Shown here in pieces: positions 30,174 through 40,332 of a stretch of DNA of 64,000 bases (its first letter is position 1; every line of letters starts with the position of its first letter). This DNA comes from Promethearchaeota archaeon. Its GTDB lineage: Archaea > Asgardarchaeota > Lokiarchaeia > Sigyniarchaeales > SOKP01. The notes beneath the pieces were generated by a model. That model made no database searches and was not told the origin of the DNA. It saw nothing but the letters and a program-made list of their open reading frames with translations. The position numbers were made by a program, and so were the translations under genes. The stretch covers positions 60,571 through 124,570 of the forward strand of contig SHMW01000003.1 in assembly GCA_008080735.1 (NCBI GenBank), written 5' to 3'.

Positions 30174-31391
30174 ATGAAGCTCGGGAAATCAAGTTTACAT
30201 GATATTGCGAAGTTGCGCTCTGATGATGTGAAACGAAGGCGATTGTCAAGTTATGATATGTATGGAGGGAATCGCGATTGGGTCGAGATCGACCCTGGTC
30301 AAACAATTATTTTGGGCGAGTATGAAGGAAGTGGGAGTATTACCCATATTTGGTGTACAACAAAATGTTCAGCTAAGAATTATCTAAGACATGCAATTCT
30401 CAGAATGTACTGGGATGAAGAACCTGACGATAAGCCCAGCGTCGAAGTACCAATCGGAGACTTTTTTGGAATGGGTCATGCAGAACGAAAAAACTTCGTG
30501 TCCCTTCCCCTTCAGATGAGTCCGCAGAAGGGAAGAGGATTTAATTGCTGGTTTCCTATGCCTTTTTCGAAAGGATTTAAAATAACATTAGAGAATGATA
30601 ATCCTAAAAAGTTTATTCTATATTTCTATATTGATTATGAGATTTATGGAAAGGGCTTCGAAAATGAGGAGGAATATGGGCGCTTTCATGTCCAATGGCG
30701 TCGAGAAAATCCTACGAAACCAAAAGGAATTGATGAGGAGTCTGGAAAACAATTTTCCACATTACATCCTTCCGATTTCAATTTCCATGGAGGAAGAAAT
30801 AGAAATCCATTAGAAGAAAATTACATTATACTAAAAGCGAAAGGAAAGGGGCATTTTGCCGGATGTCATTTGAATATAGATAATCAAACTTTTATGCCTT
30901 GGGCGTACAACTGGCCAGGAGAGGGGGATGATATGATATTTATTGATGATAATGTAGATCATGGTATAATCACGCTCCCCGGTACCGGCACTGAAGATTA
31001 TGTCAATCAAGCTTTTTGCCCTCGTCAAAAATACAGTGCACCTTATCATGGTATAATAAAACCTGGCGGATTTAACTTTTATGGAAAGATTACCTATTAT
31101 CGATACCATATTGAAGATCCGATCTATTTTAACAAAAAAATTGCTGTGACTATCGAACACGGCCATGATAACCATAGATCAGATGATTGGAGCAGCACAG
31201 CATATTGGTATCAGAGAGAACCCCACGATCATTCGCTTTATCCAGAAATGTTAGATAGAGATGGGAGGGAACCTAATAGTCATTTAGCTCATATATTAAG
31301 AAAATCTTTTTGTATTTTAATAGTATTAGGAATTGTCGGCTGGTTCGCAATCAAGCCGTTGCTAAAATTTATAATTGACATTTTTTTATGA
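30174..31391 (+). CDS. DUF2961 (GH172-like) protein with C-terminal membrane anchor
   Basis: SSYD..GGN.D, ITHIW, PSVEVPIGDFFG, WPGEGD, GTGTEDY, YRYH..DPI.F, EHGH; hydrophobic C-terminus. Confidence 0.85.
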   Translation: MKLGKSSLHDIAKLRSDDVKRRRLSSYDMYGGNRDWVEIDPGQTIILGEYEGSGSITHIWCTTKCSAKNYLRHAILRMYWDEEPDDKPSVEVPIGDFFGMGHAERKNFVSLPLQMSPQKGRGFNCWFPMPFSKGFKITLENDNPKKFILYFYIDYEIYGKGFENEEEYGRFHVQWRRENPTKPKGIDEESGKQFSTLHPSDFNFHGGRNRNPLEENYIILKAKGKGHFAGCHLNIDNQTFMPWAYNWPGEGDDMIFIDDNVDHGIITLPGTGTEDYVNQAFCPRQKYSAPYHGIIKPGGFNFYGKITYYRYHIEDPIYFNKKIAVTIEHGHDNHRSDDWSSTAYWYQREPHDHSLYPEMLDRDGREPNSHLAHILRKSFCILIVLGIVGWFAIKPLLKFIIDIFL

Positions 31392-31533
31392 AAAATATTT
31401 ATTTGTATAATGATTTTTTTGAATTTTCTAAAGTTTTAGGGATATAGCGCGATCAACTAATTGAGATGAATGAAAAATTGGACTAAAAAATATTAATATA
31501 TGAATTTCTTTTAGTAATCATGAGGGGAATAAA

Positions 31534-31650
31534 ATGAAATCGAATGATATTTTCCTAAATTTTTTAGGAGTTATAGGTATTATTGGATTAATATTTTTAG
31601 TGATTATGCTGATAGTTGTTGCTATAGCGATTAATAACGCGATAGGTTAA
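31534..31650 (+). CDS. Small single-TM protein (38 aa); not in the ORF track
   Basis: MKSNDIFLNFLGVIGIIGLIFLVIMLIVVAIAINNAIG, preceded by a GAGGGG RBS-like sequence and followed by a T-tract. Confidence 0.55.
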   Translation: MKSNDIFLNFLGVIGIIGLIFLVIMLIVVAIAINNAIG

Positions 31651-31765
31651 TCTTTTTATTGAAAATTTATCTATGTTTTATCTAACCCGTTTTATGTTCT
31701 TTTTCATTCTTCGAATAAAAAATAATTCAACTTTCGTCAAATAAAAAATTCAAAGAGAAGTAGTT

Positions 31766-32149
31766 TTAGTCTTTATTTAAGATTTCTTTAATCTTTTTGA
31801 GCAATTCTTTGCCAGAGAAGGGCTTGGTGATATAATAATCTGCTCCTAATCTCTTTCCTTTTTGAATATCTTCGTTAAAACTTTTTACTGTAAAGAGCAC
31901 AACTACTATATCTTTTAGTTCGTCATCTGTCTTAATGGTTTCTAATACCTGATATCCACTCATCCCCGGCATCATAATGTCCAAAAGGATTAAAGCTATA
32001 TCATCACCTTTTTCCTTGATTATTTTCATCGCTTCCTTGCCGTTGCTACACGTAATCGTATTAAAATCCCCCAATTCTAAAAACTTCTTCGTGAGGTTTA
32101 GAATATCGGGCTCATCATCTACGACCAATATAGTTTCTTTATCTGGCAT
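31766..32149 (-). CDS. CheY-like single-domain response regulator
   Basis: ILVVDDE, LLDIMMPGMSG, GADYYITKPF. Confidence 0.95.
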   Translation of the reverse strand: MPDKETILVVDDEPDILNLTKKFLELGDFNTITCSNGKEAMKIIKEKGDDIALILLDIMMPGMSGYQVLETIKTDDELKDIVVVLFTVKSFNEDIQKGKRLGADYYITKPFSGKELLKKIKEILNKD

Positions 32150-32210
32150 TTTCTTTTTCAGTTTAAATTAATGCTCTTCTATTTTTATTAATTATATTTT
32201 ACTTAAATAC

Positions 32211-32915
32211 ATGTCATATTTAAATTTTAATCTATTAGAATTTATCTTGCTCATGACACGAAAAAAAAAATGCATATTACCTCAATTCCCTCATGATTAT
32301 ATCGGTGAGAAAGCGGAAGAGTACAACCAACTTGAATGGATGGAGAGAAACCAGAAAAAGACGACTCTTCAATGTGTTGAATATCTTTTTGATCCTAAAT
32401 TAGGTGAGTATAAGATCAAAAATTTTTCTCATTTTCTAATATTAGATTTAGGATGTGGCACGGGATTCTCAACCGAAGTATTAATAGATATAGGATATAA
32501 TGTGGTAGGCATAGACATATTAATGGATATGCTGGAAAAAGCAGTTCATAAGACACACAATCTTTCAGAATCCACTATATTTGATCTGCTTTTAGCAAGT
32601 ATTATACAACCCCCGCTTCGACCTTCCATGTTTCATCATATCATTTCTGTGTCCGCGTATAATTTTATAACCTACGGGAAAACAGAGATTTCTGAGGTAC
32701 AGCAGACTTTAAATTCCACTGCGAAGTATTTAAATAGGTTACTTAAAAAAGAGGGGCGTATAGTTATAGAATTTTATCCAAATAATGACAAAGAATTAAA
32801 TCTGTTTGTTTCCTCTTTTACTAGGAATAAATTTGACGGATTCTTCATAAAAAATAATCCCCAGCAAAAGGCAGGAAAGACTTTTTTGCTATTGAAAAAA
32901 ACCGATGAGATATGA
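32211..32915 (+). CDS. Class I SAM methyltransferase, Bud23/WBSCR22-like
   Basis: LDLGCGTG; ISVSA; LKKEGRIVIEFYPNND; FDGFFIKNNP...KTFLLL. Likely start ATG 32253. Confidence 0.8.
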   Translation: MSYLNFNLLEFILLMTRKKKCILPQFPHDYIGEKAEEYNQLEWMERNQKKTTLQCVEYLFDPKLGEYKIKNFSHFLILDLGCGTGFSTEVLIDIGYNVVGIDILMDMLEKAVHKTHNLSESTIFDLLLASIIQPPLRPSMFHHIISVSAYNFITYGKTEISEVQQTLNSTAKYLNRLLKKEGRIVIEFYPNNDKELNLFVSSFTRNKFDGFFIKNNPQQKAGKTFLLLKKTDEI

Positions 32916-34039
32916 CCGAGTGCAAATTTTGTGGAAAAAAAGATCAATTAATTTCTAAGACGCTTCAAGTGTGCAGTGAATGTATTCTTGAGGGAAATTG
33001 GGACGAAATTGAAATTCATCTTAATTCTGTCCACTCAAATGTTAGAAGAATGGAAAAATTACCTGAACGCCCTCCTTCAATAGATGATGATAAAATGGTG
33101 TTTAAGTGTGATTTCTGTATTAATGAATGTTCCTTATCCGAAGATCAAACCAGTTATTGTGGCTTACGGAATCTCGCGAAAGCAAAAGAGAATGAATTGC
33201 CTCTACCTACTAAATCCAAAGGATATATTCATGGCTACCTGGATGCTAACCCGACCAATTGTTGCAATGCGTGGTTTTGTCCTGCGGGTACGTCCAACGG
33301 ATATCCCATTTATTCTAATTATAACGGTCCGGAATATGGTACATATAGTTATGCTGCCTTTCTTTATGGATGTTCCTTCAATTGTTTATTTTGCCAAAAT
33401 TCCTCTCACAAACGAATTTCAAAATCAAAACTTATGAGTGTCGATACCATTGTTAATCGATTTATAGAAAATGAAAAAATTACATGTGTATGCTTTTTTG
33501 GAGGCACTCCGGAGCCTCAACTTCCATTTACGATAAATATCGCTGAGAAAATCTTGGAAGAAATGGAAAAAATACCAAATAGGAAAATTCGGTTCTGTTG
33601 GGAATGGAATGGAAGCGGTAATCAAAACCTTGTTGAGGAGTGTATGAAAATTGCGGTGAAAACAGGTGGAAATATTAAATTTGACTTGAAATCTTTTCAT
33701 GAGAAGCTTAATTATGCTCTTTGTGGGGTAGGTAATAAAAGAACCTTAGCAAATTTCAAGTACCTTGGTGAAAAATACTTCGGGACTCGATCAGGAGTGC
33801 CCGAAATGAGTGGATGTACCTTATTGGTGCCTGGCTATACCACCCATAAGGAAGTCGAGCTCATTGCCAAATTTATAAGTAATATCAATCCAGAAATTCC
33901 TTACTCCCTTTTAGTGTTTCATCCGGATTATCGGATGTGTGATTTGCCAACCACATCCAAAAAAGAAGCGTATAAATCGCTTGAAAAAGCAAAATCCTAT
34001 CTAGAAAATGTCCATCTAGGAAATCAGTTTTTATTATAA
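32912..34039 (+). CDS. Radical SAM protein (PflA/AmmeMemoRadiSam-related)
   Basis: GCSFNCLFCQN, FGGTP, DLK, TLLVPGY, FHPDY; overlaps the methyltransferase stop codon (ATGA). Confidence 0.85.
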   Translation: MTECKFCGKKDQLISKTLQVCSECILEGNWDEIEIHLNSVHSNVRRMEKLPERPPSIDDDKMVFKCDFCINECSLSEDQTSYCGLRNLAKAKENELPLPTKSKGYIHGYLDANPTNCCNAWFCPAGTSNGYPIYSNYNGPEYGTYSYAAFLYGCSFNCLFCQNSSHKRISKSKLMSVDTIVNRFIENEKITCVCFFGGTPEPQLPFTINIAEKILEEMEKIPNRKIRFCWEWNGSGNQNLVEECMKIAVKTGGNIKFDLKSFHEKLNYALCGVGNKRTLANFKYLGEKYFGTRSGVPEMSGCTLLVPGYTTHKEVELIAKFISNINPEIPYSLLVFHPDYRMCDLPTTSKKEAYKSLEKAKSYLENVHLGNQFLL

Positions 34040-34082
34040 TTCCAAATACTAAGGCGAAATGAGATGATTTCAGAAATTAAAA

Positions 34083-35192
34083 TTAAAATGCTACATATGG
34101 AAATGAGATCTTAACTAATTTATCAATTTTAGGTCTTAATTCGTTCAAATCAAACATTTCATTAATTTCTTTTAACAATTCATAGGGCCAAGTACGAGTA
34201 AATCTGATAATAGACTTCTTGAATAGAGCTGTTTCCCCTCCAGAAATCACCACAAAGATTCCTTTTTTCTCTGCTAGAGAAGTTACCAGAATTTTAAAAT
34301 CTCCCGCATCGATATATTCTATGCTAGCCCCTGCTCCAAGAACTTCTTTAAACATTGTAGAAACCGCAGACAAAGCCCCTGCCATTAAATGTTCTATGTT
34401 TTTTTTCGGTTGAATTTCATCCAAAGCTTTTACTTTTCTAAAATAACAAGATGTCCCACCCTCATTAAAAATCATAAAGTTAAATATTGGAAAAGGTATT
34501 AAGTAAAGATAATCTGGATGGAGTATGAAATTGGAAATTATTAATAATAAACCAATTAAAGAGAATATTAGCGCAATTGAAGTTAAAATTTCGTAGGCCG
34601 TTTCATAGAAAAATATATCCCTAATCAAGTATAACAAGCCATAGATTATCAAACACATCAAGCCGACTGATTCAATGAGGATAGCTCTAATTTTAATTAC
34701 TTTAAGTTCCTTCATTACTGTAATAAAAGCTAAAAGGAACACAGAAAAAATTATTACTGATGATAAGAAATTCGCAAAACGAAAGAGAGTAAATATAAAT
34801 ATATCCCCAATCAATCTTAACTCTGTGTAATATATATTTAAAGAAAACCCATTTAAGGACATATAAATAGGGATGATAAGCTTACTTGAAACTAAGAAAA
34901 TGTATAAACCTAATATAATTATTAATAAACTTAATCTGGGTCTTGGATGAGAGATCTCTTCATAATGAAAAAATAAAAACAAGATTCCCAATGGTAAAAA
35001 ACTTGTCATTATCATCATAAGAATTAGATTATCAATATTTAATCCTACAGCAGTATTGGCAATTGCAATGCTTACCAACGTAGCCATGAGATATTTAATG
35101 TCAGTTTTAAATTTTCGGCTTTTTTGATAGATTATTCCAACAAGTACCAATAAGGTAATAGAGATGGTTAAAATTAAAATATTTGAAATCAT
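34083..35192 (-). CDS. Multi-pass (about 7 TM) membrane protein with C-terminal longin/roadblock-like domain
   Basis: Hydrophobic N-terminal about 225 aa, then FMIFNEGG...LMAGALSAVSTMFKEVLG...IEYIDAGDFKILV. Confidence 0.65.
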   Translation of the reverse strand: MISNILILTISITLLVLVGIIYQKSRKFKTDIKYLMATLVSIAIANTAVGLNIDNLILMMIMTSFLPLGILFLFFHYEEISHPRPRLSLLIIILGLYIFLVSSKLIIPIYMSLNGFSLNIYYTELRLIGDIFIFTLFRFANFLSSVIIFSVFLLAFITVMKELKVIKIRAILIESVGLMCLIIYGLLYLIRDIFFYETAYEILTSIALIFSLIGLLLIISNFILHPDYLYLIPFPIFNFMIFNEGGTSCYFRKVKALDEIQPKKNIEHLMAGALSAVSTMFKEVLGAGASIEYIDAGDFKILVTSLAEKKGIFVVISGGETALFKKSIIRFTRTWPYELLKEINEMFDLNELRPKIDKLVKISFPYVAF

Positions 35193-35400
35193 ATATAAAT
35201 AATTTCGTATAGCTTTTTTAAATATATCTACAAATCTCTCTTATATATCACTCCTCATTACATTTGAATAGCTAAAATTACGAAGATTGGAATTATTTAT
35301 ATATCAATTAATGAATATGGTATAGTAGCAGTATTTTATAGGGGGAAATGTATTAGACTATTCAGAAAATAAAAATCATCTCAATGGGGGGGATTATATT

Positions 35401-36292
35401 ATGAAAGGATTAGAGAATAGAACGCGTTTCATTAAGCCAATGGTATCGGGAGAACGTTCGCTACAAAATTGGCAGAAGAAGTTTCGAATTTGTTTTTAAC
35501 TGATATCGATATTATGAATTTAGAGAAAACAATCAGCGAGGTAAAAGAAATAGGGAATAATGTCTACGGAACTTAATGTGATCTCTCCAAAATAGAAGAT
35601 TTCCAGAATGCAAAAAAATAATTCTATTCAAAATATGATCAATTAGACTTATTGATAAGTAATGCTAGAATAGTTATCGGTGGGAATATACTCGCACTCA
35701 CCTTAAAAGATTGGGCAAATATATTTGATGTAAATTTATGGGGCGTTATTAATTCTATACATTTATTTCTTCCTGACTTGTTACAGAGGCGAGAAGGTCA
35801 TATCGTCAATGTCTACTCTGGAGCAGGAATAATCGGATTAACTGAACCCCCTCCCTATATTTGTTAGAAATTTGCTGTAGTTGGGCTTTCTGAAGCTCTT
35901 TTCGGGCAACTGAGAATTTTTAATATCAATGTGTCTCTCATTATCCCTTCCTATATAAAAACTGATATCAATCTTAAATGTAAGCTTAAATATCCCCAGA
36001 AACTTATAGATGATGCAGGTGAGGTAAGAATAGAAGAAATTTCAGATGATCTCCTTACCCAAATGCAAAATCAAGCGATGTCAACTGAAAAGGCGTAAAA
36101 AGATATATTAAGGGAATCAAAAATGACCAACTTTATATTTATGATAATAAAGCACTTTTAAATAGCATGGCCATGGAAGGAAAAGATCCCGAGAAATATG
36201 AACAGTTTCTCATAAATTATAATAGAACCAGTTGGAACTTTACCAAAACCCACTTTCAAAAAAATAGGATAAATCTTGATGAGTATTATTGA
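35401..36292 (+). pseudogene. Short-chain dehydrogenase/reductase, decayed
   Basis: Fragments GIGR, LTDID, LDLLISNA, DVNLWG, GHIVNV.SGAG, Y-I-C-*-K-FAVVGLSEAL, broken by frameshifts and TAA/TAG stops. Confidence 0.85.
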
Positions 36293-36479
36293 ATCATAGT
36301 TACAGTATGCGTTTTTTTCATCGAATTTAATTTTTGTGGTTCTTTACACAGACACGCAGTAGATTAATCGAGAATTATAAAAAAATTTATTTAAGAATAA
36401 TAATTATTGTTATTACTTATTACTATATAGAATGAATTAAAATGACTCCTATTGAGTAAAATATCATTGGTGCACACGA

Positions 36480-36785
36480 ATGCAAAAAGCTAGAATCCGA
36501 CTATCATCAATAGACCTCGAAGCGCTCAAATCCGTATGTGAGCAAATCGAAACCGTCTGCAAGACGCAAGGAATTAAAAAGTACGGCCCCATCCCATTGC
36601 CAACAAAACGATTGGAAGTTCCTACACGAAAAGCACCTTCGGGTCAAGGAACCGCCACGTGGGCTAAATTCGAGATGAGAATTCATAAAAGACTCTTCGA
36701 GGTAATCGCAAACGAGAAGAGCATGCACCTGATTATGAAAATTCAAATACCCGAGTCAGTTCTTGTAGAAATCGAGTTAATGTGA
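36480..36785 (+). CDS. rpsJ: 30S ribosomal protein S10 (uS10), archaeal type
   Basis: MQKARIRL, GPIPLPTKRL.VPTRK.P.GQGTATW.KFEMRIHKR. Confidence 0.97.
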   Translation: MQKARIRLSSIDLEALKSVCEQIETVCKTQGIKKYGPIPLPTKRLEVPTRKAPSGQGTATWAKFEMRIHKRLFEVIANEKSMHLIMKIQIPESVLVEIELM

Positions 36786-36856
36786 TTTTTCTCTTTCTTA
36801 TTAGGATATTATTAAGCAACTACAAATAATTTTAACTTTATTAAGAAAAATAAAAA

Positions 36857-38728
36857 TTATAATCTTAAAAATTCTTGATCTTGCATGAATCGAGCGACAT
36901 ATCTTTGGGTTATTAGATCGGAACTCACATATCCAAGTACCTTAGAATTATCAACTACAGGCATCGCTGAAATTTGATATTGCTCTAATCTGCTAATAAT
37001 TAACAAAAGGTCATGATCAGGTTCGGCGAATATCACGTCTGTTGTCATAATCTCCTCAACCTTAGAGGTGAACTTACGTTCTGCAATTGATTTGGTTATG
37101 TCCCAAGCAGTTACAACTCCCACGAGCTTTTGGTCAGATAAGACAGCAACCATATTACTAGGTCCTCGTATTATCATAGAAGCGGCTTCATGAATTGAAC
37201 TATTGACATTTATTGTTGAAATATCTTGCATTATATCCACAGCAGTTTTTTCCCTTTCACTCTTCGCTAATCGTTTAAGACTAATTCGCTCCGCAGCGGG
37301 AGTTGGTAATAATTCTTGATTGGCAGTCAGTATATCTACTAATTCAATCATATTATGGCGAATAACTTCTTCTCTATCCTCTATTCCTGCCTTTAAACGT
37401 TTTTTGGATAAACTTTCAAAACTTTCTGAATGATCTCTTAACCAATTTTCCACAGCTTCTTCGTTTCCTAACAAATTTTCTGGTATTTGTAGTTCCTTTG
37501 GTGTTTTAATAATATGTTCTTGAGCAGCAAATATAACTCCCCCTGAATTAACTAAATAATCATTCGCAATCATCACCCCTTCTTCTCGGTATACGATCTG
37601 CTCCATCCGAGTCCGAGCGGCTTTTTTATTTGGATCTGGAGAATACGTATTGGCTCCTTCAACGATTAATTGCCAAGTTCCCATATTTTCTACAGTCATA
37701 GATGAATTATCCGACTCTCTTACTCCCAAGTAATTGAATACGGGCGCTGCTGGAATCATACAAAAGGCGTCTTCTCTTAATAGATCATTGGGGTTTGTAG
37801 AAAATTTTGTTGGATGAGTATATCCTTTATCAATCAAATTGATTCTAAAATATTCTGTAGTGATTAATCCTTTCCTTTTCCATAATTCAAATAAACCTTC
37901 CACAGGTAATCCATTTTTGTTATAGAGATATCCTTTGATATCACTTACTCCAATTACTTTTGCGTCTGGGATTTTTTCTTTTAAAATTCGACTAGCATGT
38001 GCCCCAACTGCCCCAAATCCTTGAATGATAACATTTAAATTATCTTTTGAAGGTAATTCGAGATTTGAAAATTGCGGGAGAACCCGTAATCGAGGCATTA
38101 TGTCCAAGAGTGTTTTTAGCGCAATAACAACACCACCTCCCGCAGCCCCTAATTCATCAATCCTATTTCCCCCCATATCGGCTGTTTTTGAAACAGTACT
38201 ATCTATACCATTTTGAATCGCAATTATTTTCATGTCTTCATCATTTGTACCTACATCTGGTCCGGGAACATACAGATCTTCATATTTTTTGATTAATTTC
38301 GCAAAACCTTTAATTATTAGATTATGATCTTTTTGAGATAATTCTCTACTTGCCACAATACCAGCTTTACCCCCTCCATAAGGTAAATGAGCTGCAGCAT
38401 TTTTCAAAGTCATTCCTCTCGCCAGGTTATAAATATCAGAAGGGAGAAGATCTGGAAGCATTCTGATTCCTCCCATAGAGGGAGTACCCATTGAGATATT
38501 GTCGATTATCAAATATCCTCCAATTTCTTTTGGAGAATCCTCATCCCACATACAAATAACCAAATTAGGACCTAATTTATCCCCAATTATTCCAAGATGG
38601 GAAAGTAAGTGTTCATCCTTGTTTTCAAATTCTAAATAACATTTTCCCTCTTCTTTGACCAATCGATTTTCTATAGCATTAATGGGAAGATGTTCCCACA
38701 AAAATTGTTTCATTTGTTTTGGAATCAT
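36857..38728 (-). CDS. Glu/Leu/Phe/Val dehydrogenase-family protein with C-terminal CBS pair
   Basis: GGIRM, MTLKNA, GGGK, PGPDVGT, QGFGAVG, EGAN, NSGGVI; C-terminal CBS repeats (IM...GVVTAWDI...IMT...MPVVD). Confidence 0.88.
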   Translation of the reverse strand: MIPKQMKQFLWEHLPINAIENRLVKEEGKCYLEFENKDEHLLSHLGIIGDKLGPNLVICMWDEDSPKEIGGYLIIDNISMGTPSMGGIRMLPDLLPSDIYNLARGMTLKNAAAHLPYGGGKAGIVASRELSQKDHNLIIKGFAKLIKKYEDLYVPGPDVGTNDEDMKIIAIQNGIDSTVSKTADMGGNRIDELGAAGGGVVIALKTLLDIMPRLRVLPQFSNLELPSKDNLNVIIQGFGAVGAHASRILKEKIPDAKVIGVSDIKGYLYNKNGLPVEGLFELWKRKGLITTEYFRINLIDKGYTHPTKFSTNPNDLLREDAFCMIPAAPVFNYLGVRESDNSSMTVENMGTWQLIVEGANTYSPDPNKKAARTRMEQIVYREEGVMIANDYLVNSGGVIFAAQEHIIKTPKELQIPENLLGNEEAVENWLRDHSESFESLSKKRLKAGIEDREEVIRHNMIELVDILTANQELLPTPAAERISLKRLAKSEREKTAVDIMQDISTINVNSSIHEAASMIIRGPSNMVAVLSDQKLVGVVTAWDITKSIAERKFTSKVEEIMTTDVIFAEPDHDLLLIISRLEQYQISAMPVVDNSKVLGYVSSDLITQRYVARFMQDQEFLRL

Positions 38729-39778
38729 TTTATATTTTGCCTATTTGCTGTAATTTAAAAATAGAGATATAATTCGCCTATTAATTATTATCCTAACACT
38801 AATTTCGATGTATTATCTTTATGTATCGGAAAAATATAAATTTATGGTAATTTTATCAATTCCTCCTAAAGAGCTGGATCCCTTTCAAAAACAACTCTAT
38901 CAGATTTTAGAATTTCTATGAGATCTAAATAAACGCGCTCTCTTGTTCTTGCATAATGATGTCGCCGTTTAAGTGTTTTTTTAAAAATAGACTTTCGAGA
39001 TAATGTTCACTCAAAAAAAAGACAATTCTCTCAAGGCTCAAATTTAGAAAAAATTCACTCAATTTAGATTTATCTTATTTGAATCCCAATACTCAGGCAT
39101 CATATTCTTAGATTTTGTAAAAGATGAAAACTTTTTCAATAATGTTGGAAATAGTTCTAATCGTTCTCTAGTTCTTTTATATTATTTCAATTTAAACATT
39201 ACACTCTATATTAGATTCAGATATTATAATGATTGATTTTATTTAACATAATTGGCAGATATTCATTTGGCTGTTTTATCGAGATTTAAAATTGGAGTAT
39301 TTGAAATATTAGAAGTGTGAGATTCGATGTATAATCTAAACGAAATAAATATCAATCTATAATGATTAATCAAAAGATTCTTGAGTGAATTTTATTCCTT
39401 TATCAAATAAATAGGACTTGACCTTGCTTGGTGCCCCTTATCAAAAGTATTTTTAATCCATAATAGCTCGACCTCTTCACTTTATGTTTTGATTTTGAAT
39501 TCTCTTTTAAAAGAATACGACTTTTTCATAATTCGTTAGAGAGCCGAAAAATTTGTCCTTGTTTATTTAGTCCTTCAGCATGATATAATTTTTCACATCT
39601 TGATTCTGAAAATGATAATTCGAAACGGGTTTGAGGGGAAAGAAATAAAAATACCTGGTTCATTAATGAATTAGAATGGAATAATCAAAATGAAAGTGGG
39701 GGACGTTTTTGAAGGAGTTGAATTAGATTGACCAATGGCTCATAAAAATATTGTCTAGTTCTATATTAATTAAAACAC

Positions 39779-40273
39779 CTAAAATTCAATTTTATCACCG
39801 AAATGTTTGATTGGCCATTGCCAATAAAGGTCTGTTTTAATTACTCCTTTTGCTTCTAGCTCTTTAAATAACTTATCTCTCAAATCTTTAAGAATACATT
39901 CTGGGTCATAAAGAATCTTACCCTCATCAAACGCATCCAAAAGAAGATAAAACTTAGAATTTAATAAACTCTTTAATTCCTTAAGTGTCCACCAAAAATC
40001 TTGGATCCCTGAGCATACTTCTTTGGTTAGTTCAAAAACAAATTCTTTTCTCTCCCATATTCCCGAGGGAAGGTTTTAACAAATGATAATTATATCAATA
40101 CCGCTTGAATAAAATTCATCATCTCTTGCATTATTCTTGGCAACTGACCCGAAAAGTAAGATTCCTACAAAATCTTTATTTTGGCTAAAAATATGTTCAA
40201 GATAATCCTTTAACTTTTTTCTATAATATTCAATTTTTATAAATGATAAATCTACCGGAATTTTCTCGTTTAT
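39779..40273 (-). pseudogene. Minimal nucleotidyltransferase (MNT) pseudogene
   Basis: ILLFGSVAK...SGIDIIIIC*NLPSGIWER...LLDAFDEGKILYDP...WQWPIKHFGDKIEF; premature TAA near 40077, ATA in place of a start codon, DxD changed to GxD. Confidence 0.75.
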
Positions 40274-40332
40274 TTTGTTTTCCCTTATGTAATATTTTTA
40301 AATTTGTCAATCTCTTTTTTTCTAGGAAAGAA

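Noticed and set aside
1585-35867. In-frame TAG codons at 1585, 3911 and 35865 suggesting pyrrolysine or stop-codon recoding
   Set aside because: Each of these genes also has TAA stops or frameshifts, and intact genes here (e.g. guaA) terminate at TAG. Ordinary pseudogenisation explains them.
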